Source of the DNA: Candidatus Buchananbacteria bacterium
GTDB lineage: Bacteria > Patescibacteriota > Patescibacteriia > Buchananbacterales > UBA6539
Assembly: GCA_041664165.1 (NCBI GenBank)
Contig: JBAYLH010000001.1
Coordinates: forward strand, 73,469-137,468
DNA length: 64,000 nucleotides
Reading direction: 5' to 3'
Positions 59,101 to 64,000 of this stretch are shown here, in pieces (within the stretch, counting starts at the first letter, position 1; each line of letters opens with the position of its first letter). The notes beneath the pieces are model-generated. The model was not told the origin of the DNA. It saw nothing but the letters and a program-made list of their open reading frames with translations, and searched no databases. A program made the translations under genes and the position numbers.

Positions 59101-62100
59101 TTCCAATGGATACCAGCCGATTAAGCCGGTTTTATTAAATTCGCATTCCTCGCCCGGTTCAATCCGGCTATTGCCACAGCAATTGCTGCCGGTCGCAACT
59201 AAACAAGTATTTTTGCCGGCCCATTTGCAAGTCAGCGAATCGCAGTCGGGCACCGACAGCCAGCCCGGATCGCAGTCTTCGCCTTTTTCCACCACGCCGT
59301 TGCCGCAGCCGTCTTTGAATGGCGTAACAAAATTAGCCGCCGTGACGCCATCCAAATCCCGTTTGTCCCAGCGCCAATCATAAGAATAAGGATTTAAACG
59401 CTGGCCCCGCGCGTCGCACTGATCCGATATTGACCAAGGCTGGGAGAAATACCGGTATTTAATTTCGCCTTCCGGCAGAGTTAATTTTTCCGGAATCACC
59501 TGAACATGATCTAGGGCGCATAAATTATTTTCCGGTTTGGTTTTAAATACCCAGGAATAGGCATTTTGCGTCCCGGCGACATAACTGGGCGCGGTAAAAT
59601 CTTCAAAATTCAAATAATCAAGCTGCTGCTTGCCGTCAGCCGTCGCCACTCCGTTTCTGACTACCACCCGATAAACCGTATTGGGAATTAAAGTCGGAAT
59701 CATCGGCGTTAACGGATTTTGGTCGTTATCAATCGGGTTGTAAGTTTGGGGCAAGCTAAGATCAAAAGTATCGGGCGCCGAATCGGCCGGATTAGAATGA
59801 GGAATAATAATCCGGGTGGTAACGGTAATGGCAATCGGCGTTTTGCCCGCGATATCGCAGATTTCGTCGCTGCCGCAGTCGTAAAGAAAAATATTATCAG
59901 GGTTTAAAGTAAGAGCATCGGCGTATTTATTAAACCGGCCGCCAATCGCCGCATTAATACAAGCCCAGTTGCAGTCCGGCCATTTCTCAACCAAGCCGAA
60001 AGCGCCGTCGGGCAAAAAGTTACCGACGGTTAAATGGCCCTGACCCAATGGCCCGCCAGTAGCCGGGGTATAATTTTTTAACCATGACTGGATATGAGTT
60101 TCGCCGTCGGCCAAAGTCATCACTAATTGATACGGCCCAACCGTCGGCGGATTATTCAATGGCGTATCCAAATAGGAACCGGCGTTGATGCATTTGTCAG
60201 TGCAGCCAAACTGATTTTGTGGCCTACAAGTGGCCGTCCAGGGATCAGCGCAATTATAAAGCGACTTAGTGGTGCAGTAATCGCCATTGTCGCTGCAAAT
60301 ACCGCCCAAGTCACACTCTTCGCCGGTTTCAACCAAACCATTGCCGCAAACCGAGCCGGAATTATTATTGCCCGGCACCGAGTTTAAAGGCAGACAATCA
60401 TAATTGGCCGGACAGCTCCCGCTGCCAGCGCATTCCCCTAGCCTAAAGTCGAATAAATTAGTTTTTTCAGAACGGCAGAAACCGTGGCTGCGGTCTTCAA
60501 TTAAACAACTGCTGCTGCAGCCGTCGCCGTCAACCGGCTTTCCCCCTAAAACCAATTCACTGCCGTCGCATTCCTCGCCTAAGCCGATCTGGCCGTCACC
60601 GCAGCGGGAACTGCCCAAAACCGAACCGGTATATAAACAAGTAGCGGAGCAGCCGGCGCCGGATGAGTCGCACTCTTCGGTTCTTTCAATTAAGCCGTTG
60701 CCGCAGACATCAAATTGGTTGCTGTTGCCTAAATCAGCATCATTTTCATCTAAACAATTATTATTGCACCCATCGCCGTTATTCAAATTACCGTCGTCGC
60801 AGTCTTCGCCGGTTTCAATGACGCCATTACCGCAGCCGTCCCGTAGCGGCGTGACTAAATCAGCCACGGTCGGCTGGCTTGACTGCCAGTCGAAGTCCCA
60901 AGTATAAGGATTAAGTCTTTGGCCGAAAACCGGATCGCAGCTGTCCGGCGCCGTCCGCGGCCTGGCGGCATAAAAAATATTAACCCCGATATCAGCGTGT
61001 TTCTCCGCCGGCGCGACGTCAATTTTTCCCGGCAGACACAAACCGTAATCAGTCTGGGTTTTGAAAATCCAGGAATATGAATCTTTTATCAAATCATTAT
61101 TTTGATCAAAATTTAATCCGGCCAAAGGCTTATGTTCGTTTTGACTTCTAACCTGGCTGTCAATAACGACTCGATAATAAGTATTAGGCACTAAGCAATA
61201 ATCGTCCTTGCCGTCGTTATTAAAATCATAGCAAGGCACGTAGCCGGTATAAGTGTTGGCCGCTTCCGCCGGATCCAATATCACGGAATTGGTAAAACTG
61301 GCAACGACTTCGGCCGCACTCAAATTGCAGCTTGGATCGTCGTAACAGATATAAAGCTTCATTTTGTCTTTGACTGAAAAGCCGGCGGTTTCATCCATGG
61401 CCTTGCTGAAAGTCGCCCCGATTTTGGCGTTCAAACAAGCCGTACCGCAGTTTGGGAAATGATCAATAACGTAAGGCGAGGAAAAATCAATATACAAATT
61501 GCCATGGCCAAAAACTGAAGGCAGGGGCGTAAGTTTACATTCCGCTTCAACTTTGGCAAAAGGATTAGGCGCGTCGTTGATGGTTTCGCCCAAAGCCGTG
61601 GCCTTGGCGGTATTGGCAATGGCTTTTTGTTCAACTGAAACTTTGGCTGGTTTATCCGTTCCCCAGCCCCAGCCGGCCGTACAGCTTTCCGGCCGAATAT
61701 CAACGCAATAATTATCTTCCGAAACCGGCTGAGCAAAATAATCATCGCGAATCGCACCGGCATAATATAAATAGGCAGTCGCCGGACTGACGGCCACGCA
61801 GCCGACCGTGCTTAATTCGTCGCTGTCTTTAGTTTTAAAAAGCCAGGCATAATGGCTTAAGCCGATATCGTTAGCCGCTAGCCGGACGCCGTTTCGGCCG
61901 AATATTTTGGCTGAGTCCAAATCAACTTTGTAATAAGTATTTTTTGCCAATAAACTATTAGGCACCAAGGTTAGCTGACCGGTATTTTGATCGTTATACC
62001 AGCCGTTATTGGCCGCGATAATCGTAAAAGCATTGGTTACGTCGGTATTGCAGTTTGCCGGGTCAGCACATTGATAAACTTTGACCGTGGCATCGGTTAA

Positions 62101-64000
62101 AGAAGGCAGATACATCGGCGAATTAAACAGCGCTTTGACTGTGGCATCGATTTTTACTTCGCTGTCGTCGGTTCGAATATAGCTAACCCGATAGCCGGCT
62201 TGTTCGGTTCCCCGGCGGTTAAACGGCGTCGGACTGGCCAAGCTTAAAAAATCGCAAGTCGCCGTCCGATTACAATTTTCCACGACTCTTGGCCCGAAAG
62301 ATTCCGTCGTAAATAACCAGGTAAAAGTTGATTCCGTGGCAATCCCGAGTTTAGGCTGGCACAAGCAAGTCTCGTTATCGCAAGCGTAACCCAAAGGATC
62401 GCAAATTGACTGGTTCGGTTCGCAAGCCGGCGTGGCGACATTGCCGTCGCAGACAATTCCCGGATAGCAATAGCAGGAAAGTTTATTGGGATCGTAACCG
62501 GCATCCCCCAGCTTGCTGTTATAACAATAATAATTAAGGTTAGCCGAATTGCAAGTTTCCGTTCCCGGACAATCCGATTGGCAAGTTTCGCTAGCCGGAC
62601 AAGTTGACGGCGAGGCGGTTAAACTACAAGGCTGGCCGCTTTGGCTGCAGCTGCCCCAGTTGAGCCGGCAGACATTGCCGGAAGTACTGCATTTGCCGAC
62701 GCTGCACATGCTTTGCAAAGGATCGCAGATATTATTAGTCCCATCGGCATCGCAGGCAATTAACGGCTGGCACTGGCAACCGTCATTGCAGAATTGGCCT
62801 TGCGGACAATTTTGCACCGGCGTACAAGACTGATGAGTCGGATCAGTCGTACAAGTATAAGCCGTTATTTGTTTACAATCACAAGTAGCGGGATCGCAAA
62901 TTTGATTGATGCCGCAAAGAGTGTTATCCGGTTTGCAGACCCCGGCTTCGGTACTGCAAGCCCCGGGTTGTTTGCCGGTCTGAAACGACCAGTTATAAGT
63001 TGATTCCGTCAAAACGCCGCCGGTTTGCTGGCAAGTACAGTTGCTTTGCGGATCGCAGACATAACCGGTCGGACATTTGGCATTATCCGGCCGACAAGAC
63101 GGATTATCGGCATCGGCTGACGAAGTCGGATTATCGCAAGAAGCTGTTTGATAACAATAACAAGGCAGCTTAGTTGAATCAGGCGTATGCAAAGTCGTAT
63201 CGTAGCAATACCAGCCCGCCGGACATTTTGCCTGGGTCGGACTGTTGCATTGAGCCGGACTATTGTCGCTGTCGCAAGCCTGGCGCGGTTCGCACTTGCA
63301 TTGGCTGTTGCAGAAATGATCCGCTGAACATTTGGTTTGGTCGACGGAACAACTGTTAGCATTGCTGCTGCATTCAAAAGCCGTCGGCCCGCTTTCCGGA
63401 TCAACCCGAAAAGATTTAGGATTACTGAATTCGGCATTAACCTTGACTCGGTTGCCGATATTAATCGACTGAGCCAGGGGTACAAAAATACCATCGCGAT
63501 TAGTCGTGCCAAAAGCCGGCACTTTGGCATTGGTAATCTCAGCGGCGCTAATAACCGGCGTACCACCGGCAAGCATGGCACCAAAATATACCGAACTTTG
63601 GCCAGCCGCAAACCGAATGCCTTCAAAAGTTACTGAAGTATCAATAATGCCAAAAGTTGGATTGAGCGTGCAAAGACCGGGCCGGACTGTTTCATTAATG
63701 ACAAAGTTACCGAGCCGGCTGCCGACATTGTCATCAGTCTGATCAGCTAAGCCATCGGCTCTGACGACTTTGATAGCGCCGTCTTTGGCTCCGGTTGGAA
63801 TAGTTACGATAATTTCCCGATCATTCCACACATCAGTACAGGCCGGATTGGCCGCGCTGGCTAACGAAGCAATAACCTCCGGCTGGCCGGAGACGCCGGT
63901 AAATAAAACCTGGCCGGAAGCAGTATTGAAATGGCGGCCGTGAATCGTAATCAAATTGCCCTCGGCGCCGTCCAGCGGTGAAACCCATTCAATCACCGGC
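47155..64000 (-). CDS. Giant multidomain cell-surface protein (more than 5600 aa in the window; the N-terminus lies beyond the window end)
   Basis: One uninterrupted frame. It contains a vWA domain with DLSVS MIDAS, a LamG/ConA-like domain (DEIRIYSRALS), many Cys-rich CGNGxxExGEECDDG 'Myxococcus-type' repeats, thrombospondin type-3 repeats and Ig-like repeats. Confidence 0.8.
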   Translation of the reverse strand, partial: PVIEWVSPLDGAEGNLITIHGRHFNTASGQVLFTGVSGQPEVIASLASAANPACTDVWNDREIIVTIPTGAKDGAIKVVRADGLADQTDDNVGSRLGNFVINETVRPGLCTLNPTFGIIDTSVTFEGIRFAAGQSSVYFGAMLAGGTPVISAAEITNAKVPAFGTTNRDGIFVPLAQSINIGNRVKVNAEFSNPKSFRVDPESGPTAFECSSNANSCSVDQTKCSADHFCNSQCKCEPRQACDSDNSPAQCNSPTQAKCPAGWYCYDTTLHTPDSTKLPCYCYQTASCDNPTSSADADNPSCRPDNAKCPTGYVCDPQSNCTCQQTGGVLTESTYNWSFQTGKQPGACSTEAGVCKPDNTLCGINQICDPATCDCKQITAYTCTTDPTHQSCTPVQNCPQGQFCNDGCQCQPLIACDADGTNNICDPLQSMCSVGKCSTSGNVCRLNWGSCSQSGQPCSLTASPSTCPASETCQSDCPGTETCNSANLNYYCYNSKLGDAGYDPNKLSCYCYPGIVCDGNVATPACEPNQSICDPLGYACDNETCLCQPKLGIATESTFTWLFTTESFGPRVVENCNRTATCDFLSLASPTPFNRRGTEQAGYRVSYIRTDDSEVKIDATVKALFNSPMYLPSLTDATVKVYQCADPANCNTDVTNAFTIIAANNGWYNDQNTGQLTLVPNSLLAKNTYYKVDLDSAKIFGRNGVRLAANDIGLSHYAWLFKTKDSDELSTVGCVAVSPATAYLYYAGAIRDDYFAQPVSEDNYCVDIRPESCTAGWGWGTDKPAKVSVEQKAIANTAKATALGETINDAPNPFAKVEAECKLTPLPSVFGHGNLYIDFSSPYVIDHFPNCGTACLNAKIGATFSKAMDETAGFSVKDKMKLYICYDDPSCNLSAAEVVASFTNSVILDPAEAANTYTGYVPCYDFNNDGKDDYCLVPNTYYRVVIDSQVRSQNEHKPLAGLNFDQNNDLIKDSYSWIFKTQTDYGLCLPGKIDVAPAEKHADIGVNIFYAARPRTAPDSCDPVFGQRLNPYTWDFDWQSSQPTVADLVTPLRDGCGNGVIETGEDCDDGNLNNGDGCNNNCLDENDADLGNSNQFDVCGNGLIERTEECDSSGAGCSATCLYTGSVLGSSRCGDGQIGLGEECDGSELVLGGKPVDGDGCSSSCLIEDRSHGFCRSEKTNLFDFRLGECAGSGSCPANYDCLPLNSVPGNNNSGSVCGNGLVETGEECDLGGICSDNGDYCTTKSLYNCADPWTATCRPQNQFGCTDKCINAGSYLDTPLNNPPTVGPYQLVMTLADGETHIQSWLKNYTPATGGPLGQGHLTVGNFLPDGAFGLVEKWPDCNWACINAAIGGRFNKYADALTLNPDNIFLYDCGSDEICDIAGKTPIAITVTTRIIIPHSNPADSAPDTFDLSLPQTYNPIDNDQNPLTPMIPTLIPNTVYRVVVRNGVATADGKQQLDYLNFEDFTAPSYVAGTQNAYSWVFKTKPENNLCALDHVQVIPEKLTLPEGEIKYRYFSQPWSISDQCDARGQRLNPYSYDWRWDKRDLDGVTAANFVTPFKDGCGNGVVEKGEDCDPGWLSVPDCDSLTCKWAGKNTCLVATGSNCCGNSRIEPGEECEFNKTGLIGWYPLESNANDLINQNNGAGFGGLSFVGGKIGQGISFNGTTGYVEVNDNQNLQLAVRGFSLAFWVNGIDSAAGQLLLGKGAENGAESGFKIVSDSDKKIHLAIGDGSRMVNSAQVDLAISGWHFVAFTVNRDSGRGLKAYLDGRLVGETDPTSLRGGDISAVGKKLTFGGRQTGANLAGALDEIRIYSRALSPSEIMKLSTNYYCNERCLLIGNTNYNQEVCGNGIVETGEECDTGTEPNGDDTDGCTDICTFAGSIAGVNALCGDNLIGLGEECDNGDLARGGQPASGDGCTGINYSPAGTVNQVDCQRIDFSNLANCHTGLCYWTGNQCGTRPCLLENRNLNICRNVQTNVFDFTNGANPLSCPVGYEPRSLNGVIGNDNWGLSVCGNGFKETGEKCDDGGLCQNSADQWVGCTSLNYSQCKAGSGCTTYEGFCSADNNPCNSIGSPCGTGGQCISDGCSRNCTVNSSTVADNRLDPYQIVQTIDRLPTRLSQAREEILAWSALQPQTAGVGELTVVAGSEVPFYVIGHQPKINAANQCRNVAIWAVFSKTLKPSTILDSLKVCKNSCGTNPNLVKSYLYETVAGQCVRNSCVYPLADAGLLTNSRCQADNDCLGSRLTVTGLTSGFLESNATYQVDVSGVKDIISDADSLPQTGDYTSVWTFGTSEDFCQCDYVGVLVKPTSAGNLTINDLFACAGNFCGKNSPTNLLDDDFDYALAGNQHLYQAQCYDLTTIVGAITPISPSGVGFQWSEIDPANDQKGIIYLSDYADKVCSVDNSKKCNLDSECSGGICAVDNYNYQNLVTPGQDHDANGNLVAPPVTKGINGEAVVRVFGGQYRCSDTNEFCNPQLANQCAATAQCRLTSESSQDANVTNFICNNPWPSLADVYRDNQGNCTSGICRDTHFKLYYCRDAGQENTTDDDLPALSVNPTVLGTRLGILKDFIFPVGESNQTPAGSKNGNEYSVGTSCPNPTPSPATLGNFSYCLGDGNNNLPVWSYNFAAVTAGDYSLEIKTHNFGNDLTSIAYCDENNDGILRAGEKTVCNPGAANACGTGTCLASVSQRLEIKVDNVAKGNIDNLASTASQTGTLFLGKLASGSHTVTITWRNDWSDPSLTPVPDSNLLIENLRLLKVEGAPTGDALGIRILSNPLHLSPKTWYQSGLCGGQGDFDQLCFKDTDCKNNNLFANGNFEQDTPATWSWNLQLSGNFAAGLTAVSDAGRTGRAARLAVTSGTTGWGQLRNDPVKSALTLSAGSYSYTAYVKSEAEVVVGAEKEVTAGNWQSLCDNTPNCLISGKTGAKCASGNTPATWQPVACNFTLTTPTKVQFYVRLRQAGSSTVDIDDLQLYGRCQMNVPTVGSPQEIKTDGYQAIRDGRTIYVGATNLDRGVSATTLYSNIYLLSYSQNASSQTQEIFNRLLDPTGQNGVWSFNTNVSNYRVCDDYGRYAETDFVCGPAAATGSIEIGTSNHSQCVTYQTISACEDKLKELGCFWSEVTNSCQAKICQPIYCANNFDCPNLSCDAEKEQVVRDSKRYADLREMQLVFKNYFPTKGRYPVLSAGSYISGTTFSVWPSWQQTLAAETGKALFIDPLNRFIGCTAYYCDSNGNGKIESDETTACVLGNLTACGNQPILCQPADPDQEKTCWDEISKTFACPQQMFVYAYGSANSGLDYGLYSNFEYTNPGTWATGQYPLPAACQRLNFEIHQTNLNPAANVVDCSAQGGDTDSDGVCDGIGSGIIAGKDNCPGRLCGNPANCYNPDQQDSNGNGTGNVCDTGCSGDSDYDGICDQQDNCPTVANRDQADSDSDHLGDVCDPCTDLDSDGFWDIDTGANDINVCPKDNCPPFTNYQTSGLATWISSDHNFYCKDANGKPAASKPCRSGGVNSSADRNCNDTGYCGNGFGDFASYNPYQEDYDNDNIGYICDQCLDFDKDGLGDYSFYTNTSTPVSTANLTLGQKEHFQGCQGNAGSFEEFDYAIANVSVNQTYQNPGALGGDHNFTVSIAGEYFVKVKTYNAVGFGTGADLASRIELDPTRFDAEKNYNGFKIQVEIDGQARSDKIINYPFDISHPQEGIISLGQLAAGSHAIKFNWLNDWCRCSTGCPVPGSFTVNCDANVGFVGFEIRPKITDLDNCPGGPYGPVCKDNFGIQISCSNSSQTDYNHNNIGDICDQPARCGDGLVIASEVCDAGDNASLVKRPWSTKNNERCNPTQSDDPNTLASCQWCANNCSKVVTETGGACGNGIIEKGPDDNQPWENCDCKSAVYRGTNPIDSTNPAGVCVGAASNGVPCNPAYNGSCQYCDNTCKIVTVGGLYCGNCQIDTGGGSAEECDYGTDNFGAECTANCKWQCTASNYTGHGGVTLANLSFPPAQTSTLTSPLCQISENKVKAHLNIRRSDAAPETAVVLVTDLSVSMNEACNGINSSEPQSCDPNLALLTALRMAVTNLLSNSDYNIKVGLVSFGLTYDAIGRTNSIVNSYNFSRNEGNLHGVINSYATIGGTNTSAAVIKATQMLTGSGSPNKIMIVMSDGEADTKLNYCESAIPNGCHTTAQTCNFGGWQLCWPCGEDRYDFSCSAVYPNNTPAIDSDADLAKNNGITIYSAAFGTVNEMNLLSSNTTLTPVPGCDNAHYCYLKPDDNSSNLPLLYTDIINKIKQALDVKFTVDISGTLTTPEQGLNFDYDSIRAGGASGADFTVDLNLPTNFCAAAAHGFAVRDLPAGVVVTFNSFEFNYCSSFPSVPPSCTPIPPPRVAAPTNLVQDSNGIKGIFSFLKTTIARLANFFNQPLSQPVKLAKETKPADFTVAMTPKILGSPTWIDQYCTASTAAPACTAGAKRDCSNQQGVCAGAKETCSILGQWPGCDYSTISGHYVSEAGHCLDGLDNDCDGQTDALDSDCAVTCTPNGCNGNCPAGCAASDDPDCGCQSGNSCCGLGCNNATDSDCPAAVEICNTPGDEDGNGFADCADFACKGQTGPAGSKCCWDGSFNSDADSAAYCNTCERCLAPADFGSALPNDYQCRPRVSDEGVGCTGSCSSCVVGGVCGARAVNDDTECTAACHVCSGTANDTCSILNHYTDEDTSGPGQCLPPNFCNASGSCVPPGADTAPDAFTFTDQTNVALSTVMTSNAITVSGINAPSPISITGGQYQVGAGSWTTAAGSINNGDTVKVRQTSAAAYSTQTNTVLIIGGVFDTFTSTTGVQPTFTLTVTPPTGSNSITSSDAPQTIDCGSTCSHAYPAGTSIVLTAYPAAGFIFTGWSGACAGTGVCNVTLDAVKTVAATFVAADTAPDAFTFTDQTNVALSTVMTSNAITVSGINAPAPISITGGQYQVGAGSWTTVAGSINNGDTVKVRQTSAAAYSTQTNTVLTIGGVSDTFTSTTGVQPTFTLTVTNPLAAGQVLILGGLINCGQGNTVCSQSNITSGTHINLTAIASTGYSFSSWVGGGCTTANPCDIVITGNTTVTANFSTLSTPLNIYKTGTGTGTVTSADTHLNCGSTCSYAYNYGDNVTLHAAAAIADSKFTGWYVTTFAGVPTGICAGTTNDCSLPMTTIGGLKVTANFNIDCNKSCANPVCAGQPGSGGTCCQNANDCSLPGVCAIATCSASKICQYTPDNNVCGSCGLCNGTTYACQSGGSCGSCATCSQQGNVYNCVVPSTDPCPKCQQCTALSGTNYQCNQITGFQPDTNGADQCRDDNVGCTGNSCVCDNSGVCVSCANADKDGLCDNMDFCPYDPDNDFDGDNICAVGCTSGSSHTGSKTNGWICGTGSTVTYDTCQGGSCNATNSCLAIFGAQDYFNVYINGRLVTGNLYLPTDPAYNPTAVPITPDQTLASQNQPNQSDSSKGGVLFNLNDYLLSGQNVIAIEAYHRMAPSTTREVRGAIANFLDSGLCTAISGPNRTLSSFGHSASDLPFPVTCWLIENSDISAEPLGIGDWKGVGFDDSSWGISYAAGATQQIFNRLYLPKYSNVGWQPRTIWAGPVTPGYTSSHTFCRYKFTH
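48965..49828. repeat. Internal near-identical tandem duplication within the giant gene (543-bp period; about 320 bp present twice at ~97% identity)
   Basis: ACCGTCAAAGTAAAGGTCGGCTGCACTCC... occurs at ~48974 and ~49517. Protein segment ADTAPDAFTFTDQ...TFTLTVT occurs twice. Confidence 0.85.

Noticed and set aside
47357-63742. Dozens of short ORFs on both strands inside the giant gene (for example 47770..48183, 49923..50426, 53262..53825, 63009..63626)
   Set aside because: They are embedded in, or antisense to, one continuous 16.8-kb reading frame with a coherent domain architecture. Their translations are low-complexity (A/V/I/T-rich) mirror-frame artefacts.

Overview
This 64-kb window reads as a small, AT-rich bacterial genome (GC-poor by eye), and nearly every gene is on the minus strand. 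The gene content looks like a CPR/Patescibacteria-type reduced genome, but that assignment is inference.

Recognisable core genes are the str operon (rpsL-rpsG-fusA-tuf), rpmB, tRNA-Pro(GGG) and an ABC exporter. Also present are ndk, a CheY-like receiver, a split ComEC, an adenosine/purine-salvage cluster (ahcY, PfkB kinase, MTA phosphorylase, apt) and glnA with an adjacent GAF-ANTAR regulator. Two nucleotide-sugar epimerases, prfB with its +1 frameshift site, class II B12-dependent RNR (nrdJ), ftsA-ftsZ and ybeY follow. A giant surface protein of more than 5600 aa runs off the window end.

The most interesting accessory content is:
(1) A GC-rich two-gene plus-strand cassette at 37.2-39.6 kb with its own sigma70-like promoter, a structured 240-nt leader with a 7-codon uORF, and a strong terminator. 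It is bounded by 26-bp direct repeats and sits between conserved genes. Both of its proteins are unrecognisable to me.
(2) A cobalamin-capture locus (alpha/alpha-toroid surface protein, DUF4430-like protein, small membrane component) preceded by a candidate cobalamin riboswitch with a terminator. Nearby are a cob(I)alamin adenosyltransferase and the B12-dependent RNR.
(3) A GC-rich island at 10.7-13.3 kb. It contains two paralogous small proteins, each preceded by the same terminator/antiterminator-type leader, plus a large inverted-repeat element.
(4) GC-rich DAHP synthase and prephenate dehydratase genes in an otherwise biosynthesis-poor genome.
(5) A GxxExxY-family gene flanked by perfect 92-bp direct repeats that duplicate the comEC 5' region.
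(6) A candidate ANTAR dual-hairpin target in the glnA leader.
(7) Tandem 61-bp repeats that re-encode the FtsZ C-terminal peptide plus stop three times.
(8) Recurrent AATYCTAA motif arrays upstream of several highly expressed genes.

All functional calls are from reading the translations and sequence by eye; no database searches were run.
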